From positions 55,152-119,151 of IMG/VR virus record IMGVR_UViG_3300047392_000113: a stretch of 64,000 nucleotides of DNA; one strand, 5' to 3'. Positions 52,488 to 60,806 of this stretch are shown here, in pieces (the stretch's first letter is position 1; each line of letters begins with the position of its first letter). This DNA comes from a virus (lineage: Duplodnaviria > Heunggongvirae > Uroviricota > Caudoviricetes). The notes beneath the pieces were generated by a model. That model saw only the letters and a program-made list of their open reading frames with translations, searched no databases and was not told the DNA's origin. The position numbers and the translations under genes are program-made.

Positions 52488-53506
52488 TGGATTATCGTTT
52501 AAAAGAGAATCGCCGAGAAGCGTTCATTCGTTGGTATGCTTGGTCGTTGAAATATGATGACTGCGATCCAGCAGTCTGGGCTACGAACTATCTACACAAT
52601 AGATACAACCACAATGATGAAGAACGTATTTGGCTTGCTTGGTTGTATGGTAATACTTACCAACTCCCAACTGCATGGGTTTTAAAGAATGAATTTCCTG
52701 ATTATGAATTAGCCACAGTTGATCGTATCACTCAATGGAACACAACTAATTATAAACGTCTGCGTTATCAAACAGACACAAAGTGGAACAAGGGACATCT
52801 ACCATCGATGTTCGAATCATATCAGAAGTTTATTGGTGATGGCACTCAACGTGAGAAAATGGAGTCTTATTATGGAGACAGTGAAAAACAAAATTTTACA
52901 AATTTGTGGAATGTTCTTAAAGGAGAGCTTCATAAGTTTGGGCGTTATAGTACTTGGTTCTATATTCAGCATCTTAAGCACACTGCTAATATTGTTGTTG
53001 AGCCCACTAGTCTTATGCTGGATGATTATGATGGCTCTCGCTCTCATCGTAATGGATTACTTTATGCCCTTGGACAAGAAGACGATGTGGATCGAAAACT
53101 CACTGCAGCGGAGTATGGAAGACTTGAATCGCACGGCACAAGCATTATCGAAGAAATGAAACAGCGTTTCCCTGAGTTGAAATCCCAGATTGATTTCTTT
53201 ACAATGGAAACATGCCTTTGTTCTTTTAAGAAAATCTTTCGTGAGAAGCATGGACGTTATCTTGGATACTATCTGGATCGTCAGGCAGAAGAAATTGTCC
53301 AAGCTGAGAAAGACGGTTGGTATGGTATCGAGTGGCAGGTTATGTGGGACGCACGTAATGAAACCATTGACTTGAGACTCGATGATAAACGTGGTATTGA
53401 TAAAGAAAGATTCTCTAACTTTATTCGTACAGGTAAAATGGAAAACTTAGGATGGATGTTCGATGATGAAGAACCTATTCTAATGGGATTGGAAGCGTTC
53501 GCTTAA
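52487..53506 (+). CDS. Hypothetical 339-aa protein immediately upstream of a P-loop kinase. Candidate DNA-base transferase (aGPT-Pplase-like) by context only.
   Basis: No motif recognised by eye. The assignment rests on gene neighbourhood. Confidence 0.25.
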   Translation: MDYRLKENRREAFIRWYAWSLKYDDCDPAVWATNYLHNRYNHNDEERIWLAWLYGNTYQLPTAWVLKNEFPDYELATVDRITQWNTTNYKRLRYQTDTKWNKGHLPSMFESYQKFIGDGTQREKMESYYGDSEKQNFTNLWNVLKGELHKFGRYSTWFYIQHLKHTANIVVEPTSLMLDDYDGSRSHRNGLLYALGQEDDVDRKLTAAEYGRLESHGTSIIEEMKQRFPELKSQIDFFTMETCLCSFKKIFREKHGRYLGYYLDRQAEEIVQAEKDGWYGIEWQVMWDARNETIDLRLDDKRGIDKERFSNFIRTGKMENLGWMFDDEEPILMGLEAFA

Positions 53507-53516
53507 AGGAAATACT

Positions 53517-54125
53517 ATGTCATTTGTTGATAAATTGGGTGTGCAGGATCAGATTAGTGTTCAACTTATTAAGAACACTTTAAAGACTCGTAAAATTATT
53601 GCTGTAGGTGGACAACCTGGAACTGGTAAGACTACCCTATTCCGTAAGTATATGGAAGGTAAAGACTGGATCGTTGGTGAGCCAGCTAAGCTAGTCTCAG
53701 CTTCTTACAATGCAGATCGAGATCTATACATCCTCGGTAAATATGATGAAGGTGAAACCTTTGCTGGAACAGATCGTCTTTCTATGGCGGTTCAACCACC
53801 TCTTCAAGAATGGGTTGCCTCTCACAACTGCAACATCCTTTTCGAGGGAGATCGAGTCTTTAATCAGTCTTTCTTGGAGTTCTGTATGGGACTACCGAAT
53901 ACAGACTTACAGGTGGTCTATTTGAAGGCTCCGAAGACTCTTCTAGAGCAACGATATAAGGATCGAGGATCCGAACAGTCCGAGCAATTCCTAAGAGGGC
54001 GAGAGACTAAATATAGTAATCTATTATCGAATTTTGAGTTAATGCCCTATATTACTGAGTTCAGCAATACTAACTTAGAGGAACAAACGAAAGTCCTAAC
54101 CTTCTTGGATAAACATCTAGGCTGA
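53517..54125 (+). CDS. P-loop kinase (polynucleotide-kinase / 5-hydroxymethyl-dU DNA kinase-like).
   Basis: Walker A IIAVGGQPGTGKTTLF similar to the T4 Pnk kinase N-terminus (IILTIGCPGSGKSTWA). 202 aa, with no phosphatase domain. Confidence 0.55.
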   Translation: MSFVDKLGVQDQISVQLIKNTLKTRKIIAVGGQPGTGKTTLFRKYMEGKDWIVGEPAKLVSASYNADRDLYILGKYDEGETFAGTDRLSMAVQPPLQEWVASHNCNILFEGDRVFNQSFLEFCMGLPNTDLQVVYLKAPKTLLEQRYKDRGSEQSEQFLRGRETKYSNLLSNFELMPYITEFSNTNLEEQTKVLTFLDKHLG

Positions 54126-54147
54126 GGTTAGGGCTTTCTGGGAAGCT

Positions 54148-54846
54148 ATGAATTTCCTAGAGAAAGCCAACTTCGACTGGATGGAAATGCTCAATTTTTA
54201 TGAGCGTCCATTTAGAGCTAAACTCATTCCTGCGAAAATCTGGAGAGACTTAGACGAGTATGAAAATGACTCGGCTGGTCTCTCAAACTATTTTAGGAAG
54301 TGGAAAACTAAGATAGAGTTTAGAGATCCACCTAAAAAGTCTAAACTATGGACCAAGTATGTAGCTGTGGGTGGCGAATACGCACCAGATGAGAGACAGT
54401 GCGCTATTCAGATTTACACGTTGAACTTCGACAAACATGAGTTCGACCAGAAGACTTGGGATAAATTTAAGTATCGTGTCATTCAAACTTTGATGCACGA
54501 GATGATTCACTTCATGCAGTATGATCGTCGTTTTGACGAATCCAGTGGTTACGTAGTCCCATATAAAAGAGTAGGGCATTCTTTAAAGGACGCTGAACGT
54601 AGATACCTATCAGAGTTCGATGAGATTCAGGCATATGCTCACTGTGTCTATCTCGACTATAAAATGAACAAACCTAATGTTCCTCTGCACATACTATTGA
54701 ATCGTTGCAAGACAAAACGAGACTCCTCAACTCTACACTATTTCTTAAAGACGTTCAACTACGACTTTAGAAACAACATCTCCCCTCAAAAAATTATTCA
54801 GCAAATCGGCAAGTGGGATAGAAAGTATAATCGACTAACTAAATAG
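54148..54846 (+). CDS. HExxH zinc-metallopeptidase-like protein (SprT/Wss1-like).
   Basis: TLMHEMIHFMQYD motif with a downstream Glu/His. 232 aa. Confidence 0.45.
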   Translation: MNFLEKANFDWMEMLNFYERPFRAKLIPAKIWRDLDEYENDSAGLSNYFRKWKTKIEFRDPPKKSKLWTKYVAVGGEYAPDERQCAIQIYTLNFDKHEFDQKTWDKFKYRVIQTLMHEMIHFMQYDRRFDESSGYVVPYKRVGHSLKDAERRYLSEFDEIQAYAHCVYLDYKMNKPNVPLHILLNRCKTKRDSSTLHYFLKTFNYDFRNNISPQKIIQQIGKWDRKYNRLTK

Positions 54847-54873
54847 TAGATCTACTAATTCGGATAAAGATTA

Positions 54874-55596
54874 ATGAGTGCTGCTTCAGACAAATATGAA
54901 AAAGACGTTGCTGATAACGTCGATAAAATTCCAGGTGTTACTGCTATTCGTCCACCTGGAGACACAGCGTATGCTGATGTAAAAATCACTTACAAGAAAG
55001 TCACTTCTTGGATGGAAGTGAAGATGAATCACACTGACAATTTGTCTAACCCTCGTGTATACTATGAGAATGGTATGTGGAAGACTACCTATAAAACTCC
55101 ATCCGCTAAAGCTGCTGTTGATATCCTAAACAAAGACCCAAAGACTAAGAAGTTTCTTAAGGATATCGCTGAGTTCTCTGGCATCCCATTTAGATCTCTA
55201 AAGATTCCTACCACTAAAGGTGGTTTAAAGGAAGAGGGAGCAGTTCCACTTCACATCATGAAGAAGTTTTTCGATCAACCAAGCGTTAATCGTTATATCG
55301 CTAATAGTGAAAACGTAGACTTAGGTAAGGTAGTAACCGAACACTACACTAAAGGTAAGGCTGAGCCAGCATACTACATGCAAGCAGGTGATGACTTTTA
55401 TCGTATCTCAAATACAGACCCATTCAAATTAGGTGTAAGTATTCCACTATTGACTGGTCGTGGAGATTTCAAGGTTCGAGTTGCAACACGTTCTGAGTTC
55501 TATGAGGTACAAGCTGAGATCAAGATCGCTCATATGCCATCCAGCAGATACTCAGTGAAACCTGGAACCAACAAGACTAATCCGTTTTTAAAATAA
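54874..55596 (+). CDS. PD-(D/E)xK nuclease-like protein.
   Basis: PGDTAYADVKI ... WMEVKMN fits the PD...ExK pattern with ~20-aa spacing. 240 aa. Confidence 0.35.
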   Translation: MSAASDKYEKDVADNVDKIPGVTAIRPPGDTAYADVKITYKKVTSWMEVKMNHTDNLSNPRVYYENGMWKTTYKTPSAKAAVDILNKDPKTKKFLKDIAEFSGIPFRSLKIPTTKGGLKEEGAVPLHIMKKFFDQPSVNRYIANSENVDLGKVVTEHYTKGKAEPAYYMQAGDDFYRISNTDPFKLGVSIPLLTGRGDFKVRVATRSEFYEVQAEIKIAHMPSSRYSVKPGTNKTNPFLK

Positions 55597-55603
55597 CTCG
55601 GAT

Positions 55604-55611
55604 TATAAATA
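55604..55611 (+). promoter_or_regulatory. Exact T4 late promoter octamer TATAAATA upstream of the capsid-targeting-motif gene cluster.
   Basis: TATAAATA 28 nt upstream of the 55639 ATG. Confidence 0.5.
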
Positions 55612-55638
55612 AGATTATTACTTTATAGATGGATTCCA

Positions 55639-56418
55639 ATGAAAGATTACAAACAATTCCTAAGAGAATTGCCGTCCAAAACTGTCGTTTTAGCGTGCGG
55701 GAGATTTAATCCTCCTACATTAGCCCATGAAATGATAGTGAAGACTGTCAAGAAACTGGCTGAGTCGAAAGGCGCTGACCACGTAGTCTATGCATCCAAT
55801 GTAAGCGATGCGAAAAAGAATCCTCTATTAGTAGAAAAGAAACTTCAGTACCTAGAACTGGTATTCCCTAAGACCAACTTTGTTGAGAGTGGGGATAACG
55901 TCGGTGAGGTTATTAAGAAGCTGAAGGAAAGTTATAAGAATATCATCGTTGTCACTAGCGCTGACAAGGTTCAATCATTGAAGAAATATATGGTTGAAAC
56001 TGTATCCATTGTTGACAAGGATCCAGACAGTGAAGACTCTGTTAGAAGTCTGGCATCAAAGGGTTTATACGAAGAGTTTAAGAAGAATCTTCCTACTTCT
56101 ATTCGTGAACTTGATAGTCGTCGCTTGATGAATGATATGCGTATTGGTTCTGGATTGGAACCGATCAAAGAACAGATTAACTTGGTAAAAGATAGTCTCA
56201 GAGAACAGTATTTTAGAGGTGAGATCTTCAATATAGGAGATCTTGTTGAAAACTGTGGCGTTGAATATCAGATTGTTAAACGTGGTTCAAATCACTTGCT
56301 TTTGAAAGACGAATCAGGTAAACTTGTATCTAAGTGGATTCAAGAAGTTACACAAAAAGATATTAGATCAGATGAACCTTTCTTTAAGGAATCGTTCAAA
56401 GAGTGGAGAAAGAAATAA
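55639..56418 (+). CDS. HIGH-motif nucleotidyltransferase-fold protein (paralog A) with T4-like capsid targeting sequence at the N-terminus.
   Basis: N-terminus MKDYKQFLRE matches T4 IP capsid-targeting sequence MKTYQEFIAE. ACGRFNPPTLAHEMIV is a (T/H)xGH nucleotidyltransferase motif. Paralogous to the 59030 ORF. Confidence 0.5.
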   Translation: MKDYKQFLRELPSKTVVLACGRFNPPTLAHEMIVKTVKKLAESKGADHVVYASNVSDAKKNPLLVEKKLQYLELVFPKTNFVESGDNVGEVIKKLKESYKNIIVVTSADKVQSLKKYMVETVSIVDKDPDSEDSVRSLASKGLYEEFKKNLPTSIRELDSRRLMNDMRIGSGLEPIKEQINLVKDSLREQYFRGEIFNIGDLVENCGVEYQIVKRGSNHLLLKDESGKLVSKWIQEVTQKDIRSDEPFFKESFKEWRKK

Positions 56419-56864
56419 TGGACGAGTTAAGAACAAGAATTAAAATTTTACTTGCCAATGCTACAGTTATGTACTATAAGGCACATCAGTTCCATTGGAA
56501 CCTTGAAGGCATCGAATTCACTCAGTACCATGAATTCTTTGGGGATATTTACACTGATGTGTATGCTTCAGTAGACCCAATTGCAGAATTGCTACGTAAG
56601 CTAGATGATTACGCTCCAGTTAGTATTGACGAATTGTACAAATTTAAAACACTTGAAGAAGAAACTACTCGTGTTGTTCTTCTAAAAGATATCCTTGTCA
56701 GTTTAATCAAAGCAAATGACGAAGTTCTTTCTAATTTGAATAAAGTGTTTGAAGTTGCGAATGCAAACAAACAACAAGGTGTGTGTAACTTTATCGCAGA
56801 TAGAATAGATACTCACCAAAAACATGGTTGGTTCCTAAAGGCATCAGCCAAAAAGGTAGGATAA
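56418..56864 (+). CDS. Dps-like ferritin (DNA-binding protein from starved cells family).
   Basis: LLANATVMYYKAHQFHWNLEGIEFTQYHEFFGDIYTDVYASVDPIAELLRKLDDYAP matches the Dps ferroxidase-site helix pair (H..HWN...F...HE..). Confidence 0.75.
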   Translation: MDELRTRIKILLANATVMYYKAHQFHWNLEGIEFTQYHEFFGDIYTDVYASVDPIAELLRKLDDYAPVSIDELYKFKTLEEETTRVVLLKDILVSLIKANDEVLSNLNKVFEVANANKQQGVCNFIADRIDTHQKHGWFLKASAKKVG

Positions 56865-56865
56865 A

Positions 56866-58038
56866 ATGAAATCATTTATCGATTTTCTAAAAGAAGAAGC
56901 CGAAGAAGGTGCTAAGTTAAAGCACATTCACCACGCTGAAGATCGCCCATTGATGCATGGTGCAAGTGGTTTTGAGCACACTCATGAAGCATTGACAAAA
57001 GCGCATGAACATATGAAAGCTGGTAAAAAGTCCAGCGACTTGACCATGAAGTATGATGGTTCTCCATCAGTTGTTTATGGTCATCATCCAGAAACAAAAA
57101 AATTCTTCGTTGCATCTAAGTCTGCATTCAACAAAGATCCAAAGATCAATTATACTCACGAAGATATCGAAAAGAACCATGGACATGCTCCAGGTCTTGT
57201 TACTAAACTAAAAGCTGCTCTTGATCACCTACCAAAGATTGCACCAAAGAAAGGTGTTTATCAGGGTGACATTATGCACAGTGGTGACGTCGAGAAAAAG
57301 AAAGATGGCGTCTCTTTCAAACCAAACACTATCACATATACGGCTAAAGGTGATCAAGCCAAAGCCCATGAGAATGCTAAGTTAGGTATTGTCACTCATA
57401 CCAAGTATGAAGGTAAGACAATGGCTTCTATGAAAGCTACACCTAATGTTAGCGACAAAGAATTTGGTCACCATAAAGATGTAGCACATCATACTGCTGA
57501 ACACGATACATCTAAGATCAGTTATCCAGAAAAGGCTCAGAACGAATTCCAAAGCCATATGGATAAGGCAAAAGAAATCCACGATAAACATGGCGCAGAA
57601 ATGTATGATGCTGCAAAGCCACATCGTGGTGAGAATACTCATCTAACTACTTACATTAACAGCACTGTTAAAAATGATGAGAAGCCTTCTGCAGAAGGTT
57701 TACAAAAGCACATAACTTCTCAAGGAGAGAAGGCAGCTGCTAAAGTTAAGACAGACAGAGCCAAATCCGCTAAAATGTCTGAACATCAATCTCAAGTTGA
57801 TCACATCGAACAGAATAAAGAACACTACAATAATCTTCTAACGATGCACGATCATTTACAAAAAGCCAAGAATACTCTAGTGAAACATCTAGAAACTCAC
57901 GAAGGTGGTTATGAACACCACATCAATGGAACTAAATCAAAACCAGAAGGGTTTGTTGTAAACCACAAAGAAGAACCTACCAAGTTGGTTAATCGTGCTG
58001 AGTTTGCAAAGGCTAACTTTTTAAAGGCAAAGAAATGA
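56866..58038 (+). CDS. His/Lys-rich protein with capsid-targeting N-terminus and covalent-nucleotidyltransferase-like motifs (KxDG ... EGFVV ... KxK). Possible RNA/DNA ligase-like enzyme.
   Basis: N-terminus MKSFIDFLKE (CTS-like). LTMKYDGSPSVVYG (motif I-like) and PEGFVVNHKE...KANFLKAKK (motif IV/V-like). ~35 His in 390 aa (HIHHAED, HTHEALTKAHEHM, HHTAEHD...). Confidence 0.4.
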   Translation: MKSFIDFLKEEAEEGAKLKHIHHAEDRPLMHGASGFEHTHEALTKAHEHMKAGKKSSDLTMKYDGSPSVVYGHHPETKKFFVASKSAFNKDPKINYTHEDIEKNHGHAPGLVTKLKAALDHLPKIAPKKGVYQGDIMHSGDVEKKKDGVSFKPNTITYTAKGDQAKAHENAKLGIVTHTKYEGKTMASMKATPNVSDKEFGHHKDVAHHTAEHDTSKISYPEKAQNEFQSHMDKAKEIHDKHGAEMYDAAKPHRGENTHLTTYINSTVKNDEKPSAEGLQKHITSQGEKAAAKVKTDRAKSAKMSEHQSQVDHIEQNKEHYNNLLTMHDHLQKAKNTLVKHLETHEGGYEHHINGTKSKPEGFVVNHKEEPTKLVNRAEFAKANFLKAKK

Positions 58039-59030
58039 TTAAATTTAAAGACTACATTGACGAAGGTAAACGTGGCTTGTGGGACAACATCCACGCTAAA
58101 CAAAAACGTATCAAAGCTGGTTCTGGTGAACGTATGCGTAAACCTGGAAGTAAGGGTGCTCCAACTGCAGCAGCATTGAAGGCATCTCAGAATGAAGAAG
58201 TTTCTCTTGATGAGGGAATTGATCCTAGTGAAGTTGCTGGTAATCCAAAGATGTATAATGCAGATACTGCAAAGAAAGCATACTACCACAAGAACGCCAG
58301 TGCCAGTGACAAAGAATCTCTAGCAAAACATCTAGATCGTCATCATGGCAATAAAGAGTGGCGCACACCAGTTAAAGAAGAATTAACAGCAGAAGAGATG
58401 TTTGATCTTATCGAAGAAATGGCTGTAGAACTTGCTGAAGAAACTCAACTTGATCTTGAACAAGTTTGGGAAGAGTTAGACGAGTTTAGTGATAACGAAT
58501 TACTAGAAGCATGCACCTGCTGGACTGGTTATAAGCGCAAGACTGGAACTAAGCCATGTGAAGAAGGTTCTTGTGTTAAAGAAGAGTCTGAACTTGATGA
58601 GGGTATGAAACAAAACCTAAGAAAGTATGTTCCTGGTTATGCCAAGCGTGAAATTGATAAAAAGATGGATGCTGGAAAATTTGGTAAAGATGATGTGGCC
58701 AAGGATGCTAATTACTATCGCTATAAAAATATTCAAGACAAAATCAAAAAAGAAGAAGTTGAACTTGATGAAGCAGCTGTTGACGCTAAAGGTTACAAGT
58801 CTTCTACTGGTGGCTTGACTCAAAAGGGTCGTGATGCTTACAACCGTAAAGAAGGCAGTAATCTCAAGGCTCCAGTAACAACATCACCATCTAAGCTAAA
58901 GAAGGGTAGTAAAGCTGCCAATCGCCGCAAGTCTTTCTGTGCACGTATGAGTGGCGTGGAAGGTCCAATGAAGAAACCAAATGGTGAACCAACACGTAAA
59001 GCGTTGGCATTAAGAAAGTGGAACTGCTAA
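58035..59030 (+). CDS. Lys/Glu-rich protein with capsid-targeting N-terminus (candidate internal head protein).
   Basis: N-terminus MIKFKDYIDE (CTS-like). Highly charged, with a Cys cluster CTCWTGYKRKTGTKPCEEGSC. ATGA coupling. Confidence 0.4.
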   Translation: MIKFKDYIDEGKRGLWDNIHAKQKRIKAGSGERMRKPGSKGAPTAAALKASQNEEVSLDEGIDPSEVAGNPKMYNADTAKKAYYHKNASASDKESLAKHLDRHHGNKEWRTPVKEELTAEEMFDLIEEMAVELAEETQLDLEQVWEELDEFSDNELLEACTCWTGYKRKTGTKPCEEGSCVKEESELDEGMKQNLRKYVPGYAKREIDKKMDAGKFGKDDVAKDANYYRYKNIQDKIKKEEVELDEAAVDAKGYKSSTGGLTQKGRDAYNRKEGSNLKAPVTTSPSKLKKGSKAANRRKSFCARMSGVEGPMKKPNGEPTRKALALRKWNC

Positions 59031-59641
59031 TGTTATCATTTCTTTCATTCCTAAAAGAATCTGCTGGCGAGAAACACGGTGTTCTTGCCTTTGGTCGTAT
59101 GAACCCTCCGACTGCTGGACACGAACAAGTTATCAATAAGGTTCACGAAGTTGCTAAGATGCACAAGGCTGAACATCATGTTGTTCTTTCTCATAGCCAC
59201 GATTCAAAGAAGAATCCTCTTCCAGTAGATCGTAAAGTTGAACACGCTAAGAATGCATTCCCTGGAACTAATGTAGTTGGAGCATCGAAAGAAAAACCAA
59301 CGATTCTACACCATGCTGCCGAACTACACAAAGCTGGTGTTAAGCATCTTCATGTTGTTGCTGGTTCTGATCGTAAAGATAACATGCACGAATTGTTGCA
59401 TAAATATAATGGGCAGAAATCTGCACATGGTCATTATAACTTTAAGTCAATCACAGTTCACTCTTCTGGTGATCGTGATCCAGACTCTGAGGGTACTGAA
59501 GGTGTTTCTGGAACTAAGATGCGTGAACATGCATCTCATGGTGATACAGAATCTTTTAACAAGAACTTACCTTCTAAGATGAAGCCAGAGCATAGAGAAG
59601 CACTGTATCACGACTTACGTAAACATATGGGGCACGAATAA
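59030..59641 (+). CDS. HIGH-motif nucleotidyltransferase-fold protein (paralog B), His-rich, with capsid-targeting N-terminus.
   Basis: N-terminus MLSFLSFLKE (CTS-like). AFGRMNPPTAGHEQVI parallels ACGRFNPPTLAHEMIV of paralog A. C-terminal SGTKMRE resembles the ISSTxIR motif of cytidylyltransferases. TAATG coupling. Confidence 0.5.
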   Translation: MLSFLSFLKESAGEKHGVLAFGRMNPPTAGHEQVINKVHEVAKMHKAEHHVVLSHSHDSKKNPLPVDRKVEHAKNAFPGTNVVGASKEKPTILHHAAELHKAGVKHLHVVAGSDRKDNMHELLHKYNGQKSAHGHYNFKSITVHSSGDRDPDSEGTEGVSGTKMREHASHGDTESFNKNLPSKMKPEHREALYHDLRKHMGHE

Positions 59642-60777
59642 TGAAAACGTTTAAACAATTTTCTGAGAAGATGGATATGAAATCCGCATCTATGGGAGAT
59701 GTGATTAAAGATTTTCAAGCATCTGATGCGCCACAGTTCTCTGGTAAGAGCAAAGAAAAACGTCGTCAAATGGCCATCGCTGCTAAGATGCAAGCAGAAG
59801 GTACTATCCAATCAAACGGTACAGATAAGATCGAGCTTGGTGTTCCTGATGTAGCTACTAAAAAGAAAACGGATAAAGAGATGAAAGATCAACAAAACGA
59901 ATCATGGGGTTTTGATACAGCTGCTATGGCCAAGCAAGAACTAGCAGACGCTAAGAATAAGAAACACCGCAAACGTGGTAAGGTTGCTAACCTTCTACGT
60001 AAGTTGGGTATGAAAGAAGAAGTTCAACAAGACCCTCTTCTAGAATATGAAATCTCTCACGATGGTAATGGTAACTATCGTGACGATGAAGGTAACGAAT
60101 GGAGTGACAAAGATAAGAATCGCCCACGTGGTTCATTCGCTCGTCGTCACACTATCACTTCTAAAGAACCAGAGCATCCACATGCTGTTCATATCAATGG
60201 TAAGAAGTGGAAGTCATTCGGTTCCCACTCCCACGCAACGAACGTAGCTAAGAAAATTAAAGGAGCAACTGTGCACAAAGAAGAATTAAATCAAGAAGGT
60301 ATTCTTGATAAAGTCAAAGCTGTAGGTAAGAAGGCATTAGATACACTAACGCATGGTTCAGACGAAGATTTGCGCAAAGACCTTCAGAAGAAGGTTGGTG
60401 TGCCACAAACTGGTCAAAAGCCAAAGAAACTTCGTGAGTTCATTGAAACTCTTAAAGAAGGCAAACCTACTGCTTCTAAAGAAGTCGATGTAGATAAAGT
60501 TCACGCTGCGGGCGAGAAACCACACGAAGAAAAGTGGGAAGACGCTAAGAAAGTTAAGAAAGAATCCTATACTGCAGACCAACTTCTACAGGCTTTAAAA
60601 GAAGGTATGTGGCCAGGAACTCCAGAGTATACTGCTAAGTTTGGTAATCAAGCTAAACAAGGTGGAGGTGCTGGTGTTAAAAAGGGAAGTCGTTATGGTG
60701 GCTCACTACAAAAGCCAGAAAAAGAAGATGATAACGATGCTGATGACAAACCAGCAAAGAAACCAAAGAATAAATAA
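59641..60777 (+). CDS. Lys-rich low-complexity protein with capsid-targeting N-terminus (candidate internal head protein).
   Basis: N-terminus MKTFKQFSEK (CTS-like). Extremely Lys/Glu-rich. TAATG coupling to paralog B. Confidence 0.4.
   Translation: MKTFKQFSEKMDMKSASMGDVIKDFQASDAPQFSGKSKEKRRQMAIAAKMQAEGTIQSNGTDKIELGVPDVATKKKTDKEMKDQQNESWGFDTAAMAKQELADAKNKKHRKRGKVANLLRKLGMKEEVQQDPLLEYEISHDGNGNYRDDEGNEWSDKDKNRPRGSFARRHTITSKEPEHPHAVHINGKKWKSFGSHSHATNVAKKIKGATVHKEELNQEGILDKVKAVGKKALDTLTHGSDEDLRKDLQKKVGVPQTGQKPKKLREFIETLKEGKPTASKEVDVDKVHAAGEKPHEEKWEDAKKVKKESYTADQLLQALKEGMWPGTPEYTAKFGNQAKQGGGAGVKKGSRYGGSLQKPEKEDDNDADDKPAKKPKNK
60769..60776 (+). promoter_or_regulatory. Late promoter-like AATAAATA upstream of the 60807 ORF.
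   Basis: NATAAATA 30 nt upstream of the ATG, with AAGGAG RBS at ~60793. Confidence 0.3.
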
Positions 60778-60806
60778 GATTACAGTCCAAAATCAAGGAG
60801 ATTAAA

